In this document: piece after piece, positions 26,596 through 41,248 of the stretch | Position numbering within the stretch: position 1 is the stretch's first letter | How the letters are laid out: each line of letters begins with the position of its first letter | NCBI GenBank assembly: GCA_964016885.1 | Contig: OZ024741.1 | Coordinates: 96,038,001-96,102,000, forward strand | Direction: 5' to 3' | DNA length: 64,000 bases | From: Eledone cirrhosa | Lineage: Eukaryota | Notes under the pieces: model-generated | What the model saw: only the letters and a program-made list of their open reading frames with translations | Told to the model about the DNA's origin: nothing | The model's database searches: none | Position numbers and translations under genes: made by a program

Positions 26596-27119
26596 CACGT
26601 ATATATATGTACACGTATCGGGATTATGATAACACAGGTTGAAAACAAATATATATATAGAGATATATATATATATAGACATTACATAAATTCGTAAATG
26701 CATATACACATATAAACATACATATACACATACATACATACATAAAAACATACATGCATAAACACATACATGCATACGTACGTCCATATACACACATTAA
26801 ATTAACAACTAAGCATAATGGCGTCGATGTAAGGATGAAACATCAGTGATCGATAGCAAAGGGGCTACGAAAATAGCAGGGTTTTTATAATGATTGAGTG
26901 TTGGTCGGCCCCTACTAATGAGGTGGAGGAAGGCAGAACCTTTAGAAAAAGGACCAGTGGCGCCTGATATTGGGACTGCAGGCAGGATTCCTCATTTCCT
27001 CCCCTCCCTCTCTGCTTCTAACTTTCTTCACAAAACGAGTCATTCTCCTGTTCCCGCTCGATTCTGCATAATCTCCAGGTTATTCAGTTTTGTGTATATA
27101 CTTATCACAATGTGTTATT

Positions 27120-27194
<75 letters not shown>

Positions 27195-27237
27195 CTATCT
27201 ATCTATCTATCTGCCTGTATGTCTGTCTGATTGTCTG

Positions 27238-27290
<53 letters not shown>

Positions 27291-27982
27291 TGTATATACT
27301 TAGACATGTATATGCATGCTTTAGTGTGTGCTTGCGGTCATATATACACCCCCCCCCCATATATATATATATATATATATGCACATACATATATATATAT
27401 ATATACATATGTATATATACACACACGTTGACACTCACACAGCTGTAGACAACTGAAACCCAGATAAGAATACTGTTACATGACACACCGACACATACAT
27501 ATATATACTCACACACATATATGCGCATACAGACACACAGACAGAGAGGCACACATATATCGATCGGTCTTAAGTATTCACGGGTCATGTTTATTTTCGG
27601 CACCTTAACACAACAGGATAACATACGGACAATACGGCCCGCCCAACCCCCCTAAATACACACACAACAAATATACGCACGCAAATACGCACACACACAC
27701 GTACACGTACACACATACACACACTCACACATACGCACACATATGCACAGGCATATATATGCACACTATTGACTGTATACGAACATCCCATCCATAGCTT
27801 ACACACTGCTACGCATGCACATATCACAACAGCGCATGCAATATAATGCATTTCAACTATCTGTTGCTAAGCTGCTATTGCTATGGTTACACCTGCCGTG
27901 ATAATTATAGGTATTGGCAGCTTCTACCGAAGAATGCATGACTAATTTCTCTTGGGAATTAGTAATGTTCGATCTGCCTCAG

Positions 27983-28044
<62 letters not shown>

Positions 28045-28313
28045 GTGTGTGTGTGTATCCGTGACTCTGTATGTATATATGTATCTACGCATATGCATAT
28101 GTAAGTAAGTATATAATTATGTATGTTTGTATGTAAATATATATATATGTATTATGTATATATATATATGTGTATGTATGTGTATGTATGTGTATGTATG
28201 TATGTGTATGTATGTATGTATGTATGTATGCTTGAATGTCTCTTTCTATATATTGTATGTACGCATACATATATATATACACACATATACATATGCATAT
28301 ATATATGTATATA

Positions 28314-28389
<76 letters not shown>

Positions 28390-28595
28390 AATATATATAT
28401 GTATGTGTGTATATATATATATATATATGCATGTATATATATGTGTGTGTGTGTATGTGTGCCTCTGTGTGCGTATAGATTCCCACAGGTGGGCGTTGTT
28501 TGTGATTGGATTGTTTATTAGGAGTATAGGAATTTAGGACCTTATTAGTGATTTGAGGATACAGGGCCAAGTTTGGGGTTGATATATATATATAT

Positions 28596-28649
<54 letters not shown>

Positions 28650-28832
28650 AGAGGGGGGAGCGAGAAACGAGAGGATATAGTATCGGCCGGTCGCCAAATT
28701 CGAAGAAAATCTAGGTTTAACTGAATATTATACACTTGGAGGTGCATCCAGTTAATAATTTGGTGAACATTGTACAGTATAGATTTGTGGCGTAGATGCA
28801 TACATACACACAATCAGACCCACACATACATA

Positions 28833-28873
<41 letters not shown>

Positions 28874-29329
28874 CACACATATATACACACACATACACAC
28901 ACACATAAACACTCTCACTCTCTTTCACATACGCACATATATACATATGTATGTATTTACACAAATCATATGTATGTATGCGCCCGCACAAACACAATAC
29001 ACATACATAAATTCATATATAGACAAATAGATAGAAAAGATCCTATTCTAAGACTTTATAACTTTATTTCATTTATGCTTATCCAATGACAGTGCATAAC
29101 AGCACAACAGGTAGCTGGTACTCTAACTTTATGCTTTTGTCGTCTAAAAAAATGAAAGCATTGGATCTAAAATATTCTATATAAAATATCTGAAATATTT
29201 ACTACACGTTAGCTCACAAGACATCTAAAATTTCGGTGACCATTCATGTCGTCAGTCAGTGTTGAATTATAGACAGTTACTTGTTCAGTTACACAATATA
29301 TAAGAGTTTTGATGTCATGTTTTGCAGTG

Positions 29330-29660
29330 ACGGCATCTGTATCAATGAGCTGCTCAACAGTACCAAACTTAGACCAATTACATCAATTGTCAAGTCAAGA
29401 GTACTCAAACTATACGGCTATATAAAAAGATCAACTCGTGGTATGAGTAGGCTATGCCTGGAAAGAAGGTTGGCTGGTACGAGAAGCAGAGGCCGGCAGC
29501 CAAAACAATGGCTTGAGAATGTCAACTTGTGGACTGGACTTGATCATTGCTTTTTGAACTCTGCTGCTGGTGATCGAACTTTATGGAGAGAGATATCACA
29601 TGTTAATGCGAAGTCTGCAACTGGCGGAGTTTGGCATCACAAGAAAATTGTATGAGAACG
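29330..29660 (+). pseudogene. RTE-like LINE C-terminal fragment
   Basis: RVLKLYGYIKR...LERRLAGTRSRGRQPKQWLENV...AGDRTLWR. Confidence 0.75.
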
Positions 29661-31175
29661 GGCAAAAGAACGAAGCGGCCACCACCACCACCAACAAATA
29701 ATAAGCCCCTAATAAAAGAAAGGACAATACCTTAAAGTGGTTGACTTAGGAAATAATATTCATAACACTAATGATATCGAGGGAAATATATAAAATTTTG
29801 GTAATCTATTCAAAACACCAGTTGAGCTTTTAGGTTTACCACGCAGTTATGTGTACCATCCATCTGATTGTTTGCCTTAGGGCAATACTAAATATTTATA
29901 GTACTGACATATTGTAAGATTGGTAGTTGGAAATGCACACTTCCCAACCTTTCAATCTTATACTACCAATTTCATAGTTTCTCAGAGGGGTCAATTCAGA
30001 AAGATTTCCACATACATTTATAGATGGGATGAAAATTCAGTAAACTTTTAACGATGAGCAGCGTAGAATAAATAGATATGTAAGTATCATTATATTAATC
30101 TACCATTTTATTTCAAATCTAGATTAGGAGTTGTTTTCTATCACTTATGTCACAAATTGTTATTGAGAAAGGCATCAATGTAAAGGAATTTTTTTGCAAC
30201 TTCGCTAGAATAAATCGGAGCCATTTCGTCCATGTTAAAAATCTCACCCACCTTAATATATATTCCGGTCTCAGTCTATATTTGTCTTTCTGATGTTTTA
30301 GAGTGTATATAAAGAAAAAAGAACACTGGTTGTATTATCCTAATCAAACTTGTCACTTTTTTCCACGACGAGATCTATCCCTTACTTAGTATTTCACACA
30401 CACCCACACACACACACACAAGACAGACAGACATGGCCATACAATCAGACACGTACGTAGTAGAGAAAAATACTTAATTCTTGCCGTCAAGCAGATTAAA
30501 GCAATTATAATAATGTTATATACAGACTTCATTCCCCCTTGTGATTTGATTAATTGAGGCTAACCTATTCACCAACTATATATTATTTTGGCGCGAATCC
30601 AATAAACTAAATGGGATTCAGTCGCTACTATAAATCGTGCAAAGAAATAGAGAGGTTAAAAAAATCAATTATGAAGTGAGACCAATGGGACATAGTTTCA
30701 AATAGCACGTCAATTCTCCAACATCTTTAATAATTAATGAAAAGCTGCTGCTTAGCATTGAAAAGTATTTTTACTTATAGCTGTTTTTCGTTTCATTGGC
30801 TCTCATTTGGTGTCAAGGAATCTTGACCTTCCACTGGATAGACAACCGTAGGCGAATTGTTATACAACAAGAGCGGACAGAGAAACTGACATAGATGTCA
30901 CATGTTTCCTTGGCAAGGCACGCTTTAGTCCTTAGATATGGGCGCAAAATATTTAACGTAGGGAATGTTACACACACACAGACACAGACACGCACACATA
31001 TATATGATGTTTATAGATTGATGTTAGTAGTAGTAATAGTATATAACTATATATATATATATATACAATTACACGCAAAGACAAAGCCACGTTTATGGTA
31101 TAAATGAAGTCGTAGACTAATATTCTATCAGGTGTTTCGGTTGCAACGTGTTTTGAAATATTTACTTCTGCGTTC

Positions 31176-31251
31176 ACAGATTGATTTTTTTAGTTTCAGA
31201 AGATCCCATTAAGGGTGATAGCAGCGATTATTTGCTTAAACTTTAATCTGT
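31176..31251 (+). ncRNA. HHR-like motif with CAGAAGA core; GAAA mutated to GAUA in this copy
   Basis: Stem I cagattga..agttt / aaact-ttaatctg; stem II ccc(attaa)ggg; stem III agca/tgct. Confidence 0.55.
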
Positions 31252-31362
31252 TATTTTAATAAATATTTGCTCTACGGTCCTTATATATTTGATATATATT
31301 TATCCTTATCGAGCCCTCTTTGGATTTTAGTCTTCAAATTTATTATTATTATTATTATTATC

Positions 31363-31473
<111 letters not shown>

Positions 31474-32597
31474 ATGCGTTTGTATATGTATGTAATTATA
31501 TTCGTATAGATCGATAGAAAGATAGTCAGATAGATAGGTAGAGTGATAGGGTTTAGATAAATAATCATAAAACTAGGATATAGATTGTTGCATTTCCATC
31601 CTTGCAAATAATTATTTCAGATCAAGGCTAGGTATATATTGCTATACAGATATATATAATTTTACTGCTTCTGGTATTGATTATTCTGGAACTTAATGGT
31701 ATCTTCTAGCGCAAATATAACAATTGTGTTCAGACAACCTGAACAGAAGAACCCAGATCCCAGTCGACTGCTATGGAATTCAAGATTAACGCGATCTTGT
31801 AGAAGGAAAATGTATGCATAATTTTGGACAGTCGTGCATCTGGATTCAACATCTCTTTATCAATTTCTTTTGGAGGAAGCGAGTGCTGTCGATTACATAA
31901 AAATCAAGCATATAAATCTTAGATATCTTATCAAATACATTTTCCCGGATCGAGGAAGGACAAAACCTAGAGCAGCAGCATTTAAAATGAGAACCTAATA
32001 GTGCAATACTAAATATTTCTAATGCTGACATATTCTAAGATTGGTAGTTACAAATGCACTCTTCCCATTCTGCTAGTTGCCAGCCTTTCAATCTTATACT
32101 ACCAATTTCATCGCGCTCAGAGGGGAAATGGAATTGGCTGATATTCATGATATTCTTAAAACCGAAGGTCACAGAATGGGATAAACAAAATTGCCTTTTA
32201 GTCTACATTGCTTGCAACATAAGGCATCGATGGCGATTTGCCAGAGATCGGAGGCCTTACAATATTTATTTATTTTTCTAGATTCTGAGTTCAAATCCGG
32301 CCGGGCTGACTCTGTATCTCATTCCTTCGGGGTTGAGAAAATATATAACGACCCAGTTGATCGTTGGCGTTGTGCCTACTCAGAATATTTTAATAATAAT
32401 CATACTGATATAAGAATACATATTTAGAAGATAAGTTAATACAACGATGTTATTGATTGTTCTACATATCTTATACTTATCCATTTAATAAACCCCCAAA
32501 AGATGAAAGGCAATGTTAACCTCGACAAAATTTGAACTCAGAAACCTGACAAACTAAGCTAATTACCGAAAGGCACTATTCTCATTGCTTTTATAAT

Positions 32598-32806
32598 ACT
32601 TGTTTCTGATTTAGGCATAAGGCCAGGGAGAGGAAAGTCGATTAAATCGGTACCAGTGCTTGACTGGTATTTTATTTTATCGACCTTGTAAGGATTAAAG
32701 GCAAAGCTAACTTCAGTGGGATTTGTACTTCGAGCTTAAAGGGCCGTAACTCTATGCTACAAAGCATCTTGTCCGACACTCTAACGATACTGTCAATCCA
32801 CCACCG
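32598..32806 (-). mobile_element. Deu/Nin-like SINE, long variant
   Basis: Reverse-complement match including the gtcgattaaatcg segment. Confidence 0.8.
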
Positions 32807-33094
32807 TCGTTGCTTCTATAATAATAAATATTATTATATAATAATAATGTTTCAGACATCGGCATCTATCACGCAGTTTAAAAGAAAATAGCCAACAAAC
32901 TCTTCCGCTATCACTTTTCTAATGAAAGACACTGGCTATAATTTTCAAATATTTGTGAAAATATTCAAGAATTTTGAGGGAGTTAGTAGTATAACTTTCT
33001 CATTATTGAATTGATGTTTGGAACATAATTTAAAATTTAATTCTAGGAAGGATTTTAGATAAATATAAACACTTAAAAACAGTTTTATATTGTA

Positions 33095-33659
33095 CTAGAC
33101 CACCCGTGACCCGTTGCGTCACGTTCACTTCAAAATATTAAAAAAAAATCATGTTCACTTAAAAATAATTTTTAAATAATTAAAATATAGATTCATGTAT
33201 ATAATATGAAATGAAACAGGAAGGCCCATATATATACGCGTGAGTATGTATAAATATAAATGTGTGTGTATACATATATATATGTATATGTGTGTATATA
33301 TATGTGGGTGTCTGTGATCTCTATACACTGGTCATAGACACACGCACATATATATACACAACAACACCACAAGCCCTCTCTCTCCCTCTCTTGCATTCTC
33401 CTTCTCTGTCTCCCCTCTTCCAATCTACTCTCTCACAACCACTATGTCTTTCTCTCTCTCTCTGTTTATGAAGGTATCCGGAAAAACATTGTATCTCGGA
33501 AACCCGTACTTCGATTTACGCGAAACTTGTGTTTTTCCATTTGTATTCCCATTTCAGGGTCAACTTCCTTTCAAAGTATTTTCCCATTATGCACCCTTTT
33601 GGCTGTATTACATTACAGACAAGCAAGCAAGCAATCATAGAGTGTTAGTATTATATAGA
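33095..33659 (-). mobile_element. Complete non-autonomous Helitron
   Basis: Minus strand A|TCtatataatact... to hairpin gtgacgcaacgggtcac then gggtggtCTAG|T; second copy at 48621-49240. Confidence 0.85.
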
Positions 33660-34703
33660 TAACCAGGTGTGGTTTCATGTGGGTTAATATAAAAAGAGTT
33701 AACAAGATTATTGTTAGATAAATATTTTATCGCCTCTGTTAGATATGAGTTATGTTTATATATAAGTAAACACCGTGATGCATCTCATTCCGTATCCTAG
33801 CATATCTGTCGCCAACTGTGCTGTCTTAAATTTTAGAATATTTATGTTAGTAGACAGACCAAGGTCCCGAGTTCAATCCACTGAGTGGCATCTTACGCAT
33901 GGGTCATTTACCCTGGATCGATCCAAGTTTGTGAGTATAATTGAGTAGATGGAAATTGTTTGGAAGCTCGTTGAATGGAGTGTAACTAATTCAAAGGACC
34001 AAATTATATTTGGGAAAAGTCAACAAGATAAAAAAAATATTTTATTATGCTCTCATAAATTGACTTTTATTAATTCCTTCATTGAGCAAAACTGGTATCG
34101 GTTGAAACCCCTCATATATATGTCTATACTTATGTATAAAAATATATCGGTCTTCAATTAATTTGGTAATTACTCCCCTACGGTATGGTGTAAAAATTCG
34201 GACTGCTGTTTTCTAGCAGCCCGTTACTTGCCATTATTCACCTACCACTGTCCTTCTGTTAACCACCAAGTGATAATTCATGCATTAGAAATTATCGCTG
34301 GTAGCGGGTAATTCGGAAGAACCTTTCTTGATTGAGAAGTTCCCCAATCAGCTGAGGATTCTCTCAGTACTCAAAAAATTGCGATTACTCAGCAAAACTG
34401 CAGCAGTCAGGATATCAAATTAAATAGGTAAAAATGTTTTCCTTATCGTGTTTATTTTTCCCAAATATAATTTTATTATGCTCTGATAAACTGATTCTTA
34501 CCAATTCTTTCATTGAACAAAACTGGTATTGGTTGGACTTCCTCATATGTATGTCTATACTTGTGTATAAATATATACAGGTCTATACTTGTGTACATAC
34601 TTGTGTCTATCTATACTTGTGTATAAATATATACAGGTCTATACTTGTGTACATACTTGTGTATGTCTATACTTGTGTATAAATATATACAAGTCTTCAA
34701 TTA

Positions 34704-34747
<44 letters not shown>

Positions 34748-34840
34748 TGCGAAGAGAATGTTGTGGTAAAAACAGGAGCAAGCAGGAGAAAGCTCTCAAC
34801 ATTCGTAGTTTGTAGTTACGATGGAGATTTAGTATAAGAA

Positions 34841-34940
34841 TAACAAAAATAAAAATGCTGATGTTACATAAATCGTTTAATCATTATTTCGAAACAATGA
34901 TTAAACGATTCATGTAACATTATCATTTTTATTTTTGTTA
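34841..34940. repeat. Spacerless ~100-bp palindrome
   Basis: taacaaaaataaaaatgctgatgttacataaatcgtttaatcattatttc|gaaacaatgattaaacgattcatgtaacattatcatttttatttttgtta. Confidence 0.9.
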
Positions 34941-34965
34941 TATATATAATTATATACCTGTCTGT

Positions 34966-35115
<150 letters not shown>

Positions 35116-35711
35116 CTACAGGTCAATCCGAGGCCGTGCTAGAAAACACTTTCTCAAAGTGACATGCACGAGGATAGAAACCAGAAGAACGTTATAGCGT
35201 AGTGATGTCCTTAAATCCATAACTAGTCTTGTCTTCAGGAAGAATGAGAATTGAGATAAATTTCCCAATACAGGCCTATAATTTTAAACGAACACTGAGA
35301 AGTTTCTAACGACGTTAATATTGCTAGTTTACTGAAATGTCTATGTCAATACATAGAGAAATCTGTCAGTGTCTTTACAAACGTGTGAGTATATAGCATT
35401 ACAGTATTATCAATTATAAATCAAGGGGTGTACACATCTCTTAGATTCTATAATGGTTTTTAATTCAATAGTTTTAGTTAATGTCAATTCTAGCTTCTCT
35501 GCTCGCTTTGCACGATATAATTGTTATAGCTCTGGCGGTTATACAGTTACAATTGTCTATCTTATTTACCATTACATTACAACATAAGCGTGTTTGTTGC
35601 ATAAACTGTCGATCAAAATAAAGTTGGTTAACAAAAATCTTTGAATCGTCTTTATCTAAAGATGTTAAGATAGATAAGATCGGCGTTAACTACTACTACT
35701 ACTACTACTAC

Positions 35712-36109
35712 TACTAGAACCACCCAACCGACTATTTTCAAACTTTACACATGTAATACTTATGGCTCCGTGAGTGTTTTGAGCCAAACAATTTCAAATT
35801 TTCAATGCCCCAGAGAACGCATTAGGCGATTTAGCGATCTCTCTCTATAATTCTTAGTCTTTCTTTTTAGATAGAAACATAGATATAACGTCGTGCCCTT
35901 ATGATATCTGTCTGTATGTCTGGCTGTCTGAATCACGACATTATGACGCTGTGTGTGTGTGTATATATGTATATATAGTGTGTGTATATATATAGTGTGT
36001 AACGTTTTTCGAAATATTTACTTCTGCGTTCACAGATTGATCTTTTTAGTTTCAGAAGATCCCGTTAAGTGTGAAAGTAGCGATTCTTTGCTTAAACTTT
36101 AATCTGTTA

Positions 36110-36171
<62 letters not shown>

Positions 36172-36304
36172 TATATTCGTGTATAGATATTTTTGCATAC
36201 ACAATAACAAAATATAAACAAACGTATTTATTTAACGAGGCTCAATAATCAAATATATAAGAACCCTTGAGCAAATCCCGAGCAGCGCCGGGCCATTCTG
36301 CTAG
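35712..36304 (+). mobile_element. Helitron-like element with nested PLE fragments
   Basis: 3' hairpin cccgagcagcgccggg plus gCTAG|T, similar to the end at 18851; 5' boundary uncertain. Confidence 0.55.
36032..36107 (+). ncRNA. HHR-like motif with CAGAAGA core
   Basis: acagattga..agttt-CAGAAGA-tccc(gttaa)gtgt-GAAA-gta(gcgattctt)tgc-UU-aaactttaatctgt. Confidence 0.6.
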
Positions 36305-36736
36305 TATTATATAAATGGCACTTTCTGTCCGTCTATGTATCTATGTAATCTGTGTATAATCACTGGCGCCTACACCAGTGATCCGATCCTGATGAAACTT
36401 TACACACATGTTAAGCTCATATTTAGAAAGAGGACTGGCTAATTGGATTTTAATAAAAATGAATAATGGATCCTCTGGGGACATCTTTACAATGGAGGAG
36501 GAAAGAGAAGACGTTTCAGTGAGAGAGGGGGAAGAGGAGATACTACTACTGTATGTTAAACCCTCCCTCCCACTTCTCCCGTTCCTCCTCCCACAACCCA
36601 GTCCTCCAAAACGAGGCAACGAGTTAGAAATATACATAAAGAAATTTCACAAAGCAGACGACAATGCGCGTTCTTGATTGTTTTCCATCCTGTAGAGAAA
36701 GAGAGAGAGGGTATGAGAGAGAGAGAGAGAGAGAGA

Positions 36737-36805
<69 letters not shown>

Positions 36806-37080
36806 TGAGATAAAAGAGAGAGAGAGGGGTTGAAAAAGAAAGAAAGAAAGTGAGGAGGATTGGGAGGGGAGAAAACGATAGCAGCGTTCGATAACTTTAA
36901 CTTTTATTTATTTATTCTTTACACAGTTTCACTCTCCCCCTTCCTTAACCTTACGTCTCTATCTCTCTCTCTCTTTCACACAAGACGTACTGTGACTGCG
37001 TGTGTGTGTGTGTGTGTATGTGTGTGTTGTGTGTATCCGGGGAAGTTACATTATCCGCACGCACTCACAAATACGCATCT

Positions 37081-37202
<122 letters not shown>

Positions 37203-37280
37203 CAAACGGATATTTAATTTGTTGGTAATTCAACAAATATATATATTTATAACAGATTCGAAGCACTCGACAAGTTTTCT

Positions 37281-37360
37281 GATATTAATGATATTAATAA
37301 ATGGAAACTATATTTATAAAATATGGTTTTATAAATATAGTTTCCATTTAATAATATCAT

Positions 37361-37365
<5 letters not shown>
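37281..37365. repeat. ~85-bp palindrome made of the tail of the 24.5-kb HHR family
   Basis: taaatggaaactatatttataaaa versus ttttataaatatagtttccattta; the same sequence occurs at 24498-24521. Confidence 0.8.
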
Positions 37366-37436
<71 letters not shown>

Positions 37437-37437
37437 A

Positions 37438-37870
37438 TAAAACTGAGGATGTGTGTACCCACATAACTTCTACAGTTTGCAACCAGTTTTCTTCGAATTT
37501 GGAACAAACATGCGTTATGTTCCCAGAAGTCTTGTGGACCCATAACATTTCCAAGTTTTTGTCTAATAGTGGGCGAAAGTTTTGTCTAGGTGGACGAAGG
37601 CTGTCTCTGGATCACCGTGACAATCATGTCACATGTGTAAAATTTAAATAATGGTTGGTTAACATTTTATTCATCTTATTGTGTTACGTCCTCTTTCCTT
37701 AGATAATGCCTCCAAGGAAGAAATCCGCAACTGGTCGAAAAACGGCGAAATCTGAGAGAGAGAGAGAAGAAAAAAAGCAAATGAATCGTCAATGGAGGCT
37801 GCAATTAGACGATCGCAAGATGCTGAACGTAAAGCTATTGCAAGAGCGTTAAAAAACTACGAGCAGCGTT
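37438..37870 (+). mobile_element. Helitron 5' part with remnant of the Rep/Hel ORF N-terminus
   Basis: MPPRKKSATGRKTAKS...ANESSMEAAIRRSQDAERKAIARALKNYEQR resembles the basic, STPR-like N-termini of animal Helitron proteins. Confidence 0.5.
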
Positions 37871-38721
37871 GTATTTAAGACATAGGTTACTTATGTACTC
37901 CGGATGGTCATAGGCACTTTCATTTTTCCATATGTTGATTATAGGGCCCCCCCGGGGGGAAAATAACCTCCTTTAACAGCTTCGTTAGAGTCGACTGAAT
38001 CACTGCAGTGCAATGCAACAAAACGTCATAACTTCTGGAGTCCGCAACTGATTTTCACCGAACCTGACACTACCTATGTTCTACAGATGAATTTGAACAC
38101 TCAGAATTGGCACATATTGAGTAGGGGACCGGTAAAGGCACATATAGTAAGTACAGTAACATTTTTTGAAATTTATTTTAAAACTTTTTCTCTATTTGCT
38201 TGACCTTGATTTTATATATATATATATATAAAAACAAATAACGAAACGAAATTAAATTTCGTTTCGTTTGTAACTCACTTTTGTATGACTGACGCTTAAA
38301 CAATTAAGTTAAAAATGTACATCCACATATGTATACTGAAATACTAGTAAGCATATGAATACACACACGTGTACATATGTAGATGTACCGAGTTTTTCAC
38401 TGGACACTTTACTGTGAGTGTCCAGCTATTCTGTATGTAAACACACAGACAAACCGGTTTTTAGAGTCATACTGGTTCCTGATTATTACTGGAATTCTAT
38501 AAGAATCCAGCCTTTATAATTTTCGGCAAAGGCGGGGAGTACGATGTTCTGAGGATCGCCAACAGAGTGAAACAGAATCTGTCAGCTTCTCTCCCTTCTT
38601 TTTAAAAATGATAGCGCAAGGTCTTCAAAATATTTAAAATTAAACATACGGTATATTACCAAATATACTATACATACATTCATGTATACATCGCTATTTC
38701 AGAGACCCAATCCTAATATAT

Positions 38722-38797
<76 letters not shown>

Positions 38798-39420
38798 GAC
38801 ACATATATATATATGCAATCTTATATTCTATGCACATATATTTATGTAGACATCTATCTAATGATGATTTCTTAATTTTAAAACTTCTTTTTTCAATTTG
38901 TGCCCGTTCAAAATATAATGTACCTACAAGGGGACGTCAAAATAGTGGCTCAATATGTAAGAAATACCAGCTAAATCTCTTTTAAATCACATCCAACAAC
39001 CCTTAAAATGGAAGGATACGAATAATATAGTGCAAGAGATTCTTAGCGAGACGACTGGAACACTTTAAAGTATACGACCATTTGACCAAGTTTAACCTAT
39101 GGCTAAACAGCAAAAATTTGTCAGTGTCTCTTTTGTCTAGTCTATTTTAAATATAGTTATGAAGCTTCTTTTTTTTATTAACATTTTCTCCACTTAATCT
39201 TCCTATTTATTACATTAAAGCTATATCGTATTACAAATACAACTACTGAATTAATATCTATTCTTTGAAGTTTGTTTAATCTTCAATACTGTTATAATGC
39301 ATCAGTAATGTTTACAATCAATCTTCTTTTTAATTTTAGCATAGGGTATTTTATCTTGTTAATATCATTCTAAATATAACCTTAACTTTCTTCTATTTCA
39401 TTAATAACAATATATGTATT

Positions 39421-39503
39421 TATTCGGTCGTCAAGTATGAAATTTGTAGACATTTGTTTTCTTTCTACACATTTCTACAAATTTCATACTTGACGACCCA
39501 ATA
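39421..39503. repeat. Isolated 83-nt hairpin with 30-bp arms
   Basis: tattcggtcgtcaagtatgaaatttgtaga / tctacaaatttcatacttgacgacccaata, one mismatch. Confidence 0.85.
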
Positions 39504-40470
39504 ACCACGAATTATATCTTTATAACCCCCCCCCCCCTCCTCATTTCTATGAAATGTTATTTCCTTAAATATAACCCACCTAAAACTCTATCCTGCTTGT
39601 AATAAATTGATTGTTCGACTGATGCTTATTTTTTATGGAAAGTTTCAAAATAATCTATGTATAAAATATGGTTTCTAAATATCCCATTTGATTCAGAAGT
39701 ATTAAGGACAAACAGACGTGAAAATAGATTCTGCTTATAATGTTCTTCGAATGGAGATTTTAACATATTTTATCCATTATTTATTCGTATTTTTACGTCT
39801 ACATAAACATTTCCCAAATAACCCCAATTTGTTTTATTCACATACTCATCATTCAGGGTTTCCTTTCTTGTGGATCAATTAGCAATTTATAATAGGCTTT
39901 GCGTTGGTTTCAACAACGAGTATTAAAAATATTCGATCAAAGAAACCTACTTGTCTTATAGTCGAACGCAATCCTCTATGAAGCACAACGTGACGTTGTA
40001 TGACAAGGTTAGACTCTTGAATTACACGCCCACTCGATCCACCAACATATAGGACTTGGTAAATGATATATATTTCTTTATGTTCTATCATAAACTGTCA
40101 ACACACAATATATAGTTGTAGTATTTTTACGGTTGTATGATTGTTTTAAATTATGGCTGTACCTTGTTATTTAGCACCAGTTAAGTTCTGACTGATAAAA
40201 TCTATGATAAAACGTATTCCAGTCATGTTTTTTCCTGAAGCAGAATGCATTCAAGACTGTGTTATGCATTGTATCCTTTACTAAGACGTTATGGTGTGAC
40301 TTTCTGGGACATTAAGCCGCTATTTATAACAGATTGGGGACTACCTAAATGCTTTCTAGTTAGTTAAGCTAGCCATGGTGTATTTAATGCAAGTAATTAC
40401 ATTAATTACTAATTTTCTCACTGTTAGCTTTACTACAATGTAAGATATCATTGAACATCCTACATTTACA

Positions 40471-40639
40471 GTGGATTGGCAGTATCGGTGGAGGGTCGGA
40501 CGTAATGCTTTGCAGTACGTTCTGAGTTCAAATCTCGCTGAGGTTAGCTTTGTTTTTATCCTTACGGGATCGATAAAATAAAGCACCAGCAATGCACTGG
40601 GGTAATTGCTGGCCTTGTGCCAAAAGTAGAAACAATTAT
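40471..40639 (+). mobile_element. Deu/Nin-like SINE
   Basis: Family match. Confidence 0.85.
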
Positions 40640-41217
40640 CTAATTTTCTTTGACAGCTTATCTACGACCAATCTTGCTATCTTCTGTTATGTTTTTCGTT
40701 ATCTCTTTATAATTTCCCAATAATATGTTTAGCCTGTAGTGGTGGAAGTGGTCGTGGTGGGGGATCGGGGATGTTAATTATTTGAAATTCTGATAGGGAA
40801 AGGCATTACATTTTCAGATTTCTATTTTAGAAGTGGTCTTTATGAGCGAGTCAGTCTGATATTGCTTATGGTTCTCTAATGATAGTACTACACATTTTTA
40901 CGGGTATTCAATGTACGCATGATAAATATTTGATTAAATATTTTGCAATTTGTGAAATTAGGCTAAAGGAAACAGGGAAAGCTCATCAAATGGGCTGTGT
41001 CTGTTCCTGGGTGGTAGCTTGTATCTAGTTGGATACCACTACTTGTCTTTAAGACACTTTGTTTCGCGTATTCCGACCAAGATTCCAGTCTGGTAATAAC
41101 CCATGAGTCATGGATTACTCGTATCCCTAAGCAATCTCAGTGGTCACATTTCCTTATATGACTGTGAACCACAATGTTTGTTATCAATATCCGGAGCCTT
41201 GTCAGTTTGTTGTTCTC

Positions 41218-41248
<31 letters not shown>

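Noticed and set aside
36408-36677. 89-aa ORF with ordinary-looking composition
   Set aside because: It lies in Helitron-like repeat sequence and has no recognisable domain.
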